This document shows, in pieces, positions 1 through 14,163 of a stretch of 64,000 nucleotides of DNA. Below the pieces are notes generated by a model that had not been told where the DNA came from, did no database searches, and saw only the letters and a list, made by a program, of their open reading frames with translations. The stretch lies in the NCBI GenBank assembly GCA_030704615.1, contig CM060731.1, forward strand, positions 69,998,001-70,062,000. The letters run 5' to 3'. The stretch comes from Takakia lepidozioides. Taxonomy: Eukaryota; Plantae; Bryophyta. Positions within the stretch are counted from its first letter, which is position 1. Each line of letters opens with the position of its first letter. The translations under genes and the position numbers were made by a program.

Positions 1-2287
1 GATGACATTGATGACATGGGACACTTGGGCCAACGGCACAGGCTACCTATCAATATATGAATGAAGACGTTTGTTTGTTTGTTTGTTTGGTTTTGTAGCC
101 TTGAGATGTCCCGAACCGCTTGGTACCGTTGGAAAGCCCTCGATGAGGAGGGGTGCACCGGCTTGGTCTCATGACTTTTGGACCTGGGCATTCTTGGGAC
201 AATGGTTGGAGCCTCGACGGGAGAGATATAAAGGGAAAGGTCTCCGGTTCAAATCTGGTTGGAGGCTCTGTGGTAAAAAACTTACTTAGATGACATTGGG
301 CCGTTGGAAATTCGGGAAAAATAGCAAGTGGGCATTCATGGGAGAATGATTGGAGCCTTGACGAGAGAGACAACAAGGGAGAGGTCTCTGGTTCAAATCT
401 AGTAATAGGCTATGTGGAAAAACAAAATTATCAGATATGGCTAAATCATTAGACTTAGATGCCTTAGATGACAGTGGACACTTGGGCCAACGGCACAGGC
501 TACCCTAGAGGTTGCACTTGGGCCTCATTTAGGAGACGCACTAGGATACTTATGAGATCTTGCACATGGGCTTAGATGACGGTGGGCATTTGGGTCATCG
601 GCACAAGCTACCTAGAGGTCACATTTGAGCCTCAACATAGGAGACACACTTGGATATATAGGGGATAGCACTTGGAGATATCAAGGGAAAGGTCTCCGGT
701 TCAAATCTGGTCGTAGGCTCTATGGAAAAAAAAATGCATTTGGAATTAGATGACATTGGACAGGTGGGCCAACGGCATAGGCTACCCTAGTATCAATAAT
801 GATTGGATATATTACTACTCATTAAATTCATGGAAAAAAATAGATTTGGCCTCTACATGGGAGATGCACTTGGATGCATGAATAGAAGATTGCACTTGGG
901 CTTAGATGGGCCTCCACATATGAGACACTTGATACAAAGGAAATTGCACTTGGTCTTAGATTTCACTTCTTCACACCTGGGCCAACGGCATAGGCTTCAC
1001 TAGAGGTCGCAGTTGAGCCTCCACATAGGAGATGCACCGGGATGCATAGGAAATTGTACTTGGTCTGTCATACGCTATGTGGAAAAAAATTAATTAAATA
1101 TGGCTTGCTTCATATATTGATGCACTTGGACTTAGATGACAAATTGGACACTTGGGCCAATAGCAGAGGCTACCCCAGTCAACCTATGAAGCGAGACGTT
1201 TGTTTTCTTTTTCTTTGTCACGTTGAGATGTCCCGAATTGGGAGGCCCCAGCCCTGGTGCTTGGTACCATTGGAAAGCCCTCAACGAAGAGGGGTGCACG
1301 GCCTTGGTCTCAGGATTTTTGGACATGCGGTGGGGGAGATGTGGAATTCCAAGTACTTTGGGTCGCTGAAAATTCACGAAAAATAGCAAAGTGGCTTTCT
1401 TTGGACAATGATTGGAGCCTCGACAGAAGAGATATCAAGGGAAAGGTCTCCGGTTCAAATCTGGGTCGTAGGCTCTTTGGAAAAAAAAATGATTAGATGA
1501 CATTGGATACTTGGGCCAACGGCACAGGCTACCCTAGTCAATATATGAAGCAAGACGTTTGTTTGTTTTGTTTGTTTTGTCACGTCGAGATGTCCTGAAC
1601 CACGGGCCCAGCGCTGGTGCTTGGTACTGTTGGAAAGCCCTCGATGAGGAGGGGTGCACGGGCTTGGTCTTATAATTTTTGGACCTGCGGTGTGGGAGAT
1701 ACGGAATTTCAAGTACTTTTGGTTGCTGGAAATTCACAAAAAAATAGCAAAGTGGGCCATGGAAAAAAATAAAATAGGCCTTGACATGGGAGACGTACTT
1801 GGATACATAGGAAATTGCATTTGGGCTTAGATGACACTCGACACTTGGGCCTCTAAATGGGAGATGCACTTAAATACATGAATAGAAGATTGCACTTGGG
1901 CTTAGATGGGCCTCCATATAGGAGGTGCACTTGGATACATAAGAAATTGCACTTGGTCTTAGATTTCAATTCTTCACACATGGGCCAAAGGCACATGCTA
2001 TCCCAGAGGTTGTATTTGGGCCTCGACATAGGGGACACACTTGGATACATAGGGATTGCACTTGGACTTTAGATGACTTGTGGACACTTGCGTCAACGAC
2101 ACAAGCTACCCTAGAATGAAGAAAGGTAGTTTGTTTGTTTGTTTGTTTCGTTTTGTTTCTTTTGTAGCGTTGATATCTCCCAAACAGCGGGCCCAGCCTT
2201 GGTGCTTGGTACCGTTGGAAAGCCCTCGATGAGGAGGGGTGCACCGGACTGGTCTCATGATTTTTGGACCTGCGGTGTGGGAGATGC
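1..2287 (+). repeat. Complex satellite-like / non-autonomous TE-derived repeat array
   Basis: Recurrent blocks TTGGTACCGTTGGAAAGCCCTCGATGAGGAGGGGTGCAC (~120, ~1260, ~1620, ~2205), GGTCTCCGGTTCAAATCTGG, GATGACATTGGACACTTGGGCCAACGGCACAGGCTACC, short GCACTTGG subrepeats and (GTTT)n tracts. ORFs here are repeat artefacts. Confidence 0.9.
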
Positions 2288-2289
2288 AT

Positions 2290-2447
2290 GTTTTCTTATA
2301 GGCCCATCCCCGAAATGGGGCAGTAGGCGAAAGGCGAAGTGGCTCTTAGTTACGCCGGCTTCGGTCAGAGTCTTCTATCCCAGGAAAGCCCACTTTGCTA
2401 TTTTTCACGAATTTCCAGCGACCAGTAGTACTTGAAATTCCACATTT
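2290..2447 (-). mobile_element. Inverted piece of the same repeat family carrying a structured, terminus-like segment
   Basis: 2385-2445 is the reverse complement of ~1338-1400. It is preceded by TTATAGGCCCATCCCCGAAATGGGG (hairpin) and GCCGGCTTCGGT. Confidence 0.6.
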
Positions 2448-2906
2448 ATGTGTCTTGTATGACACCAAGTAACCAGGGATATAGAGGTATTTACGGTATC
2501 ATAGTTGGGTAACCGAGGGTACCTAGGGTATCGTTGTAGGATTGAACTCTAGTTTCCGTTTGTTGGTAAAGTTATGAGGGATCGGAGTGCCGTGAGGTGG
2601 ATTGCTTTGAAACATTTATGAATGGGGGATGGGGATTTTTGAAATTGTTATGAATAACAGTGATACTGGGGTTGTGATGTTGCCTCTAGTTCCGACAGTG
2701 ATGACGGTAATGGGCCGGTGATCCAGCCCTACGACGAATTGCAAAAATGAGCGGGGCATATTTTTGTCGTTTTCCTAGGATTGAGTCATAGGGGTAGCGA
2801 TCATGACAGTATGTAAATTCGACGAAGTGGATGTGAGTTGTGGGGATGGTGTAGTGGGTAGTGGAGTGTTAGTGGGTAGGCCCTACAAATAGAATATCAC
2901 GGCACA

Positions 2907-3060
2907 GTTTTAGATTTCAATTCTTCACACATGGGCCAACGACATAGACTACACTAGAGGTCACACTTAGGCCTCGACATAGGACACCCAGTGGGATACA
3001 TAGAAGATCTTACATTTTAGATGACATTGGACACTTGGGCCAACGGCAGAGGCTACCCTA
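2907..3060 (+). repeat. Further copy of the satellite-like family
   Basis: TTAGATTTCAATTCTTCACACATGGGCCAAC...GATGACATTGGACACTTGGGCCAACGGCAGAGGCTACC matches the 1-2287 units. Confidence 0.85.
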
Positions 3061-3142
3061 GAAAGATATAAAACTCAATCATTGGAGAGTCTCAAGAGGA
3101 CAGTTTGAGTACAAATAAGCAGGCTTCTAATATTAAACCAGG

Positions 3143-3480
3143 CACTAGCACTTTGTGGGAATTTTTCGATTTTTACCCCCTTGTACAAGTAGCCAATGAT
3201 TGCCCCATATTAGGTCGAAATCTGGCAGTTTTCGCCAGAAAAAAAACACTGGTCCATAATGGAAGGACCATTATGTACCAGTGTTTATTTCACCCACAAT
3301 AATTGCTAGTTATTGTTAGTTCCTCACCCACAATACTAAATAGTATTGCCTACGGGCATTCAAGGGTTTTAATTTTTTTCCCTTCAAATAACCTTCAATA
3401 AAATTCATCCAGGGCATCTCCCTGTTCTCCAAAAAAAAAAAAAAAAAAAGTAAGTTTTTACTCACAAACTGGCACTAGTG
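3143..3480. mobile_element. Possible CACTA-type MITE
   Basis: Begins CACTA and ends TAGTG, with partial terminal inverted similarity (CACTAG..TTTGTG / CACAAA..CTAGTG). 3-bp flanks AGG/ATG have one mismatch. Confidence 0.35.
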
Positions 3481-4760
3481 ATGTAGTCCCAGGGACCTCA
3501 TGTCCAAGGTGTGTACAGGTCATGCTTCAAACCTCCCATCAAACTTCTCAACCAACGAGAACTGTGAACCTATGGGGTCAACCTTGCCTCCCAATTAGTG
3601 CATATGATTTCCACCATGAGGTGACAACAAATCCTTACTGTGCCAGCACTCAGTTTCAATGTTCAGTACCGCTGACCCCTTCAAAATCAACCTTTCTTGC
3701 AGTCCAAACACTCCATTATCCCAGTTCGCCCAGAGGTATGATCTGCACGTATAGTTTGGGAGAACTGCTGTTAGTTAGTCCTAAAGCTAACATGGATCCT
3801 TGAATCCCTGCTCTACACATTACTATCACGAGAGATTGGGTTCTGCATGACCTCATTTTAAATAGAATAACAATGGATATTGTTCCAAAACCTGTGGCTC
3901 CAGACCAGCAGAATCATAGAAATGCTACTTTAAAGCAGCAAGGTCCAGTTACTGTTGGGGTTGGGGATGGAAACACCTCCACTGTGAGGTGAATAACCTC
4001 GCCTTGCAACTTCACACTCATGGCAGGAAACAGCACTACATAGGCAAACTTCCAAAGGGTGTCGATCGCACACTCATAGCATTCATAATACAAAGGAAGA
4101 AGTAAACATCTCACCAAACTCTTTTACTTCTGTGTGGGATACCACAAGACTAAGGCACTTGCAATAAACGACTTAAAACTAAAATTAGCCTCAGTTTTTT
4201 CAACTCTTTGCTCTATTCAAATGTAGGTAGAAGGCCATTTTTGGAGGCCTTCATCTTTGGGAGGAACCACACATAAGCAGTCTATGGTACTCACAGGGCC
4301 CACATATACCGTCATTTCTTCCGGTGACCAGTGTGACACTACTCATGTTTACATCCGCCCGAACTGCTTTTCCCACGCATCATTGTTGGTGGGTTTTGTC
4401 TGGTTTCTCCATATTGGCAGGCATTATCAAGTCCAGCACTGGAGGAGCCACAAAAGCTTCTCCCCAGGAGAAAGAGAGAGAAGCCTGCAACTTACCTCTC
4501 CAAGGAATAGAATCAATCTCCCTTGCCACTAGACAGCAGAACTGTGCTCCATGGGCAAAACAATTGGACCAGCTATCAACTTTAAAGAACTGATAAATTA
4601 AGTGGAGGACAAATGAACCCTACCATATCCTATAAACAGACCGGCACCCACCAGAACAGCGGTACGCAAGCCGAACTGGACACATAAAACTGTTTATACC
4701 GACTTTTTCCAGAGAAGCCGCAAGAACCACTCAATAGGGGTCACTTGATCATCCAGTTTC

Positions 4761-7700
4761 TCATGAAGCTGGGGTAGACAAAATTGATTGCAGAAAGACC
4801 TGTTGTTGCGGTTGCAGTGAGGACCAGGTGGACGCCAGGGCATCTGGTGTAAGTGTTTGTTGCAGATGTCTTAAGAGATTCACCATCCGTGCAGCTGTCT
4901 GCTCTGTAGCCAACTCCGTGCCCGCACTGAGCACCTACAGATAATTGCAACTGAGAAGAATAAGCAATAAATTGTATAAAGATCAACAGGTCTTCTTCAA
5001 CCCGGTAAAGCCCATTGATATGCCTGCCTTCCCCTCTCATATCGCCATAATTAGTTCTCACTCGCCTGTTTCTCTCCCTCTTTTTGCTCCCACCATCTCA
5101 GTATTGGTCTTGGCCACCAAACGCCCTCCACTAACCTCACTGAGTCTCTTTCACTTAGCTTTTTCTCATTGCTTAACAAAGGAGCATAGGTTCTCTCATA
5201 CAGTAGTAGCACTTGTTGATGAGGCTGAAAACAAGGTAAATAGTAGAGTAGATCCACTACCTCAGCAAAGACAGAAATGATCTTTGGTAGATACTGATGG
5301 TTTGGCCCAAGAAGTTGCGCATCCGACCTGCCATGGATCCACATCTGCCTTATTAACCTGTGCTTACCAAGGCTGCCCCATGGCAGCCCCAAAATGAACC
5401 AGGACAAAAGTCAACTCAAACCCACAAGCTGTCCTACCTCATCCAAGGATGGGTGAACCAAAAAGTAACACTTTGATCAAGCTTCCCCACAAATAACTAC
5501 ATCCACATGGGCCTATGATGGAGATTCCGCTGCATGGTCAAGCTCCTGACAGAGGGCACCTCTCCTCTACACTTCTAGCTTTGACCAGTCGGTCGCATTG
5601 GATGCACCACATAGGTCCACACTAAATATTTCTCTCGTAAACCCAACAGGACTATAGACTGACCTCTCAACCATGGAGCAAAGCTGCTCATGCACAATCT
5701 TGGCCTCCACCACATCACCCCTCACTGGAAGACAGCTTAGCCAAGCTGGCACTACCTGCATACCCATTCAATGGAGCATCACTTTTATAGCTTCAAGCAA
5801 TTCAAACATTTGGTTAAAGTTGCATGCACGTCAGTCCATGTCAAGTTCAAATAATCTTCCAGATTACCTTCTCCTGCCTGCCTAGAACCCCCTGTGGTCA
5901 CTGCTGGCACAGTACTCAGGAGGAATATGAGTAGCATGCGCGTAAGAGAACACTTGCTCGAAAGCAACCAAACCAGAGAAACAGTCAAACTGACCTGGGC
6001 ACCATCAATGCTCTCTCGTTGATGCTCACATATCTTGCCAAGAGCTGACACTGCGTTATCAGTGGCCATGATATTCTCAGTTGAGCGGGCCAGGGGTGGA
6101 ATAATCACTGCGTTCAGCCTTGCCAGTGCCTCTGCATACCAACTAACCAGCTAAGTCAACAGCCACAAAAGTAGATACATTGATAAAAATTCTGCAGTTA
6201 TACTCTATATGTATTCTACAGCCAAAGGACATCTTTTTACCTCCAACAAGGGGCCTGAATTTAGTGCCACCAAACTCGGCACAAACTCCAACACCATACA
6301 CTGATGCCTGCACAGCAGCCAAACCATATCAGTCAAATAAAATTCCCCAGAGGAAAATCAGGGTTACCAATATGAGACACATTCATCCTTTGTTCAGAAC
6401 AATAATGTGCCTCAGTATTTAATTCAATCCTGAGATACAGGTAAACCAGTATAGAAATCAGTATATCCCGAAAATGGTTGTGTCACCAGGGAGTATCAGC
6501 AGGATCTAGATGTCTTGTTATAGATGTAGAAGGTTAGGATCCAGTTCTGTTGGTTGTTGTTTGAAGATCTGGATGAAGATCAACAAACTGCTTACACAAG
6601 CTATGCTACAGACTCAATGTCAGATGCTTACTTGCCGGACATCGGCACTGGGATCATTGCAGGCTTCAAATAAGAAAGGCAAGAAAGTATCGTAGTACCT
6701 GCATCATGATTTCCAAGCCAACAATACTCAGACCCACTTAACATGCTGAAATCATTAGTTCAACTGTGTCATTAGCCTTGCCTTTATAAGGAAGGATGTA
6801 ACACAAGAGTACCCTAACTGCAGATGACAAAAAGGCCTCCCTGATACGGCAGCATCCTAGAACTCATCATGTCTGAAATTGTGAACTTTTGGGCATGCAG
6901 ATACAGCATTATCAAATCCAGCTTAACAAGATTGGAGCACAAGTCAAAGTCAGTGAAAAATGGAGACTTCAGCAGCAAGTACAGAAATAAATAGATAATT
7001 ACTCCCTCAAGAACTGGTTGTGTTTCGAAATTTCCATTACTTGATTGCTGCATCTCGGCACTGCTCGGCCACATCATCAAAGATGCAGATTGCAACTCTC
7101 CTCTCCTCAGGAGTTCGACCTTTGTCCTGTACGAAAGATCCCAAAGTAAAGTATAATCGGCATGTTTGAAGGTTATGAATAACAGCAAAATTGAATTATG
7201 TCAACACATCTTTTCTTGTCTCTTCAGAGACAAGAAGGCAATTTTGAAACAGGGAGCTTCTCAATCTTATCCACTGCCCCAAGTGTAAATGCTCTTCATA
7301 CACTTAGGGCAACATGTGCATATATATACTGAAAAGAAACTGGCCAGTGTAGGTCATCTAGACAGCCCATAAAAAGAACCTATAACCAGGAGACCAGAGT
7401 GAGTAGAACTACCAGCATCGGCGTAATATACGAAATTAATTCTTCAAAGAGAGGCAAAAATGCCACTTTAAATGTCTTTATTAGAGTTCCAAGGCACTCT
7501 CCAACCTGCAGCCATGTACAAGGACCAAATTGGCGATGAACTTTAATATCAGCAAGATATGACTAGTCAGATCATGAGCCACTGTCCTCCCAACCAGACT
7601 ATGGGAGCTTGTGAGGTTTCCAAACTGCTCTAGCTGAACATGCTCACTAATGGTCCAGCAGGAAAGCCTTTTAAGTCAAATCACAATTACTGTCCCGAAA

Positions 7701-10700
7701 GGGAATTCCAAACATAGAAATTAGATTGGAAAAAAGGACCTTGGTGACCATAATCTATGCAGAACTTATACCAAACTAGGGCAATTATTGCTCATAATAC
7801 TGTATTCGCATCTGGAAGTATAAATAATAGTTTCACGAACATTAGGTGTCAAATGTGTAAACGCATCCACACTGTCAACAGATACAACGCTAATGTTGAG
7901 ATGACCTTTAGACAGACCAGTGAGGGGTACATAGGCCTCTAGCTACAACAATTTATGGCTCACTTTAGTGGAATTCACACCCAGGTGAATTCCATTGAAG
8001 TCCTGCATCTTGTTATTATAAATAACAAAATTCACCTGATCAAACACTTCCTCTTCCTGCTCATTTTCCTCTTCAAGAAGCTCTCCTTCCTCTGCATCAA
8101 AGTCTTCAGTTTGGGATCGTTCAGCACGCTCCTTCTTACGTGTACTGCTGGCAGTGATCACCTGCTTGAACTCCTCTACCATGGACTTAATTTGGCCCGA
8201 GTCAAGTAATGGCCCTGCAATCTGCTCATTTCACAATACATGTAAGAGGTAAGTGGCGCCTCTTTTTGGTTGACCCTTGTTTGTGCAGATAATTGGGCTT
8301 GCCATGAAGTAGTTAAGATCTCATCAATTTGTCTACTCTAGGAGCAGCACTCGACCTAGTTCCACTTGGCACAACATAGAGCCTATTAAACAATCACTCT
8401 CCGGAAGAGGTCCACTGAGGGAGGGAGCCATGTTCTATCAAAACTCTCTGGGAGTCCTAGGAGTTCGTATCTAGTCATAAGAATGCTTGGTGCAAACAAC
8501 TCCCAAATAACTAGGTGTCATGACTGCTCACCCCACTATGAGAAACAGCACAGCCATACGAGATAACCCACCATACAAAGTGGGCCAACCATCATGCAGC
8601 AGATGACCTAATGGGTCAAAGTACAGGGTTCAAGTCGCAAATGTGCGGACGTTCTCCCAACAACACACGTGGTTACCAGTTCCAATGTAGAGGAAAACAG
8701 GAAGCAATACAAGACTTGTCATCTAAAAGACCAGCCAAGTATTTCAAGACTGGCTTGAAGAGGAACTGCAATCACCCTCCCAAAGGAATGTACCTGGATA
8801 CATTCATTCAAGGAGTCCAGCATACTTGCACAAATCTCCGTCTCTGGCTCCTGCAATCATCGAAGCAGCAAATAGAACAAACTTACTAATTTGTAAGAAC
8901 AAAAGGAGTGCTTACCTTCAGTCAAAATTGCTCTAGCTGTTCAGTCTATATCACGAGCAAAAAGTTCAACTCTCATGACCAAGACATCCAATTTCCAATC
9001 AAAGGATACTCGGGAAACTTCCCTCAATCCTTCAGCCTCATAATACTCACATCAAAGTAACATGTACCCCACAAAGGAACAAAAACAGACCTTACGCATG
9101 GCCTCAACAAGAGCAGGAACAATGTAGTCTGCCAGCTGTTTGACATAGGACTCATCGCGCCCCTGTGCTTGTCCCTTCTCCAACGCCAGCTTACCTGATC
9201 GCAACAGCTCTGGCATTGCTGAAAATCCACAGAAACGTCTCTTTCTTAGAAATGCTATGGTGCAAACTGATTCAAACGGGAAAAAGACGATTGTCTGCCC
9301 AAGGATGGGACAAAAGAAACAAGATTGTCAACATTTCAGAGGGAAAATGAGTGACATACAAGAAAGCTAGGCAACCCCAATATCCATTAGAGAAATTTCT
9401 GAAGACAAAAGTTTGACACTCCAATAGTTATTTCGTTATACACCACCAACTCATGCAAATTAAACTGCACACTTATGAAATATCACTTCCTTTCTCTTCA
9501 GCTACTCCTGCACATTACCTCCAAGCTATTGACACTAGAGAAGAAAGATAAAAATCTTAAGTCACAGGAACGCCAACACAACCCTGCTGCTCACCCAAAA
9601 CCAGCCATGAGGCATCATATATAACATGATAACTGACCTGAGACAGCAGCCTTGCGCACTTCCTCATGAAAATAAAACTTCAGAAGGGGAACAAGAATAG
9701 GTGCAACCTGCAAGAAACCATGCATGGCCAAGTTGACTTACATAATAGGGGAACTTAAGTGGCAGATTTCTTTGAAGGGCCATATGAACTCCAATTTCCC
9801 ACGAGATGTCTGACTACCAAATAGATATAACTGCCGGCTGAAGGTGGAACTTTGGAACTACCATGGGAAGGATCTATATCTTCAGGATGTGAATAGAGTG
9901 TCTGGGAGAATGAAACAAGTTACTTCTTGACCATTCCCCTGCTAACATTGGCTATGGTATGGCTAAAAATCTTAGTCCCTGCAAGGTTCCAACCCTCAAA
10001 GCAACTTGTAGGGTTTCAACCCACCAACATATGAGATTCATCCCAAAATTGCCATGGCACACTCGCAGCTAGAGACAACCCGGTGAAATAAGTGTTTGGT
10101 GTATGAATCGGTAGCTACTAAGAGAGATGGGGAAAAAATTCCATAATCACACCTGATCGATCCAGGGGTAAAAGCCCTCCTTGAGCTCATCAGCATAGCA
10201 GCAAAGCATGTTGCAAGCAGTGGCCTTTTCTTCCAACACACTCGTTCTGATCCCAATTTTCTTGTCCCCAATTGTGATTGTCTCCACACTATTGACAAGA
10301 GCAGAAAATATCATGTTGATTAAATAAGAAAGAAAAACAATAACCTTTGCATGTGGATAAATTGATACAAAGTACTCACAAGATTTGACACAAAACATAC
10401 AAATTGTCAAAACAAATACACTGACCCGAATCTAAGATCAGGAAACAGTTTCTATTAAGTGTAAGGATGCTCTAATAAGTGCTACTTGAAGCTGCTTACA
10501 TCTCTCACACATACCTTTCATCATCTGACTCGTTGGCTTCATCCTCAGAATCGGCATCAGTGATGGTGACGTCAGGTTTTAGCTGAGCAGAGCGTAGCAA
10601 TGGTGGCATTACTACACTCATATACGGCAAAAACTCCTGCCCCAGGCACTTGCACAACCTGGCCCACGCCTGACATACACATAGTCCAACATGAGAATGT

Positions 10701-13700
10701 ACTACTAAACATGTCTCATATAAGTGCAGGCTGAAGAAAGAGACAAACACTATGAAACGCAACAGGTTCAGAAGCTGATACATGAGACCACGAGAAACCT
10801 GTAACAGTGAACATGTGAACAATAGAATGCGTTGTGAAAGAGGTTTAGGAACAGAGGCATCAGAATGAGGAATTAAGAACATTCAGGCCATAGTGTGACT
10901 GAAATATAAGATGCTGCCAGACCATGTGATGTCCAAATACTTTAGATGAAATTGATGTTGAAAAGAAACGTTCTTCGTCACTCAGGCAGAAACAGCTCTC
11001 CATGAGGAACCACAAAAGTGGCAACATTGTGTGGAAGGTAAGGAGCGACATACAAACCTGGAGCATATAGCTGATTGTAGGATCATCGTCCTCCATCTGA
11101 ACGCCCTGGAGTGTCATGAGCACCTCCATCACCTACCAAGGAACCAAGTTAGATATTGGAAAGGGAAAGCAACCACAACACAACTTGAAACCATGGTGAT
11201 CAATTAGGCAATACGACGTAGCACCCTATATAAACACGCTGTCATCTCATGTTTGTTTTCAGTGGGTGATTGTTGGGGGTCTAAAATTATCCCCAGATAG
11301 ATGCAATAATAGACCCTGTGGCTTCAAACACCACCACTCCCCATACCTGTTTGGCATCATCTCTGAATTTGTCCTTGCCCACAGCCATTCCAACTAGGCT
11401 GATGCACTCCATGGACTTCGCCCGCAACATGCGGTTTGATTTGTCATTGGCATTAATTAGGATAGCCTTCAGGTATGGCATGACAGTATCATAGTACTTT
11501 TGAAAATGAGCTTGAGCAGAGTCTGCGACGGAGGCTAGAGCAGTCAATGCCCCTTCTTGTACCATCCTCTTTCCATTCTGATGCACAGAACGGAAACAAC
11601 CCACAATAACAGTTAGATCACAAAGAGTCCACAATTACTTGGGTACAACTTCAAAAAGGTCAGCTCTGGAAACAAACAAATGCAGGTCAGAATTTACCTG
11701 GAGGAGGACAAGTAGCTTGGTGATAACACCATCCAAATAAGGCGTCAAAATCTCCGGGGTACAACTCTCGCTGAAGTTCAGAACAGCTGCTGCCGCATGT
11801 GCCTGTAAAAGCAAAGTACATGGATTCGACCATCTTAGAACAACTAGTCGGTTTGGAAAACATCCTGATCCCTAAATCACAGAATAATGAGTAAGCCTTC
11901 CCACTCACCTGAACACGTGGATTTTGAAAGTCATCCATAGCCCCAACAAGGGCAGGAAGCACTTGCTGGTGGTACTCTTGCTGCAGGTCGGGGCCCAGGT
12001 CAGTTGATAGCTGGCCTATGGCATTAATGGCAGCCCATCGTACTCGAGGATGAGAATCCCGAAATGAGTTCAAAATCATACTGACAACTGGGTCCAGATT
12101 CTTAGTCATCACCTGCAGGCCACCACCTTGCCTTTACTTGGATGCCTGGATGATCACGAGAGTAAAAACAACTCCTATTTACAGTTCTAACTGTCTGAAG
12201 GCAGTGTTACAGTAAGTCCTGTTTAAGGTTCTCAAGGGGTCATGTTGACTCTGACCAAGATGATGACTAGTTCTTCCACTGAACATGATTGCTTCCTCCA
12301 TATGATCCTTGAAGTCCATAGCAGACTTAGTTAGCCATGCACTGCATATCAACGGCTGGCCAAGGGTGTCAGGAACATTTTCATCAACTAGATCCCACCT
12401 AAACATAGCTAGGGTTTAGTGACTGCTGATGGCAGAGGCCGTTGAGTCTGCGCCACATGCAATCAATTGAGGAAAGAGTATCAGTACACATTACAGCAAT
12501 AAAATTCCTTGGACCGTAAACCCAGACAATCCAGTCAAACACTGGGCAACTTGTCAGACAGCCACATAGGATTGTGCAGATCTGTACAGATCCTGCTTCA
12601 CTACCTTGGCACAACCTTCAGCAATCTGTGCAAGGGTGATGAGAGCTGCATGCCGCTTTTTCCAGTCCTGATCATTAATGAAGGGAGGCAACAATTGAGA
12701 GGCCACTGGAAGCACTGTATTGCCCCCAAGAGAGATGGCTAGTCGATCCAAACACTCTTGTCCTACTTCATAATTTGTACTTTCCCCAGCATCTTCATCC
12801 TCAGTATCAGCCGCATGCCAAGAAGCCGCATCGTCAATGTCTAGCAGCATCTTCATCAGTGTGGCAAACAGCCGGCCGATGAAATGCGGTAGTTTGCGCA
12901 TCATGCCAGGTGCTCGCTCCCGGGCTTCCGCAAGGGTGATCAGAAACTCAACTGCAAGGTGCCGGGTACCTTCTTCAAGCTCTTCTGCCTCTGCAATCTG
13001 AAGCATGTTGCCAACTACTTCGGACAATTGCCGGCGCAGGAAGCGGGGTTCAGTGCCTGCAACCTCAATGAACATCTCGAGTGCTTCCTGGGCAGTGGCT
13101 TCTTCATGATTGTTGAGTGCAAGTGAGAGAGTCTGCAACATGCCAGGCAACAGGTCTTGGAATTGCTCCCGATCTTGGACCATTTCTAATGTCTGGACAA
13201 AGTTGGTTGTAGCCCTGAGTGCAGCAATGCGCACGTCACTAGTGGTGTTGGAAGACAGACACTGCTGAAAAACTGCATGGAGAGTAGGCAGGTGAGTGCG
13301 CAGTTGGGGTCCTATATACTGTGCGAGCTGTGCAAACATGAGGAGTGCGCTTTCTCTCAATCTCATCGAATCAGAGCTCACACACTGGAACATGAAGGGA
13401 AGCAACTCCGGCCACATTCCTTCTTCCAAGATGCCAGCTGCAAGCTCCGCCACAGTGTCGCAAAGCTTCTTTAGTATACTCTTGCCTTCTTCTCTCTGGA
13501 CACATAACAGCAGCTGCCCTTTCACTGCAGTCTGAGTGGCTGGCCTCAACTGGGGCCACAAGGAGACATCGTCTTTTGTGATGAGTTTCCGAAGTAAAAT
13601 GGCCACCATGGCGCGCACCTCCAGCTGCTGTGAAACCTGCCAAAGTGCAACGGGCTGAACTTTACAGCTGTTTCATAGCACCCGATACACCTTAACAAAA

Positions 13701-14163
13701 CCTATCAACAAAAAGTGAGACGGAGACATCGAATTGATTCAGCTGAACATAATTACTCTCGCACCCACTCATCTCCAGAGATACAGGGTTTGGATCATCT
13801 TTTCAGTGAAGGGGCGGGGTGTACAAATTTCACATATGATCTACCAATCACGCAAATACAGAATATGGCAACTCTTCTGTAGGAAGATCAAAAGGTGCAA
13901 ACTTGAAACTCCTACTATTTCTTTTCAAACTCTGCACACAGGATCTGTTCCCAACAAACCTGCAGGGCATAAACCATCTTCAAGAGCAGCGCATCCGCAT
14001 GATGGAGTTTGAAATAATTGAAAAGCTGCTCTGCCTGTCCTCGCTGCTCATTCCCCGGGCTCATCAGCTGCCCCACCAGAGCTTCCAGAGGCGCCACACT
14101 ATCACCGGCCAGCACCAATGTTACCTGCGCGTCCATGGCCTGTCCCGTCCCTCCGATCTCCAT
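4761..14163 (-). CDS. IPO5: Importin-5 / karyopherin beta-3 (Kap121/RanBP5 family, HEAT repeats), 20 exons, intact
   Basis: Approximate GT-AG exons: 14163-13960, 13636-12605, 12112-11909, 11802-11698, 11577-11347, 11132-11058, 10669-10514, ~10289-10153, ~9707-9638, ~9217-9090, ~8850-8794, ~8221-8036, ~7505-7413, ~7126-7041, ~6698-6632, ~6307-6241, ~6131-5995, ~5755-5664, ~5327-5261, 4934-4761. They splice in frame. Motifs: WPELLPFMFQC, VGQECLDRLAISLGG, HPRVRWAAINAIGQLSTD, AWARLCKCLGQEFLPYM, LEEKATACNMLCCYADEL, ATDNAVSALGKIC. Ends ...QSILSTPAS-TGA. Confidence 0.95.

Noticed and set aside
2290-2382. HDV-like, hammerhead or twister ribozyme
   Set aside because: Hairpins are present, but I could not build the required pseudoknot or catalytic core on either strand.
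50-2435. Short ORFs in the terminal repeat array
   Set aside because: They are translations of repeat units and microsatellites with no domain motifs.
2535-2887. Solo LTR (TGTAGG...CCTACA)
   Set aside because: No target-site duplication and no second copy in the window.
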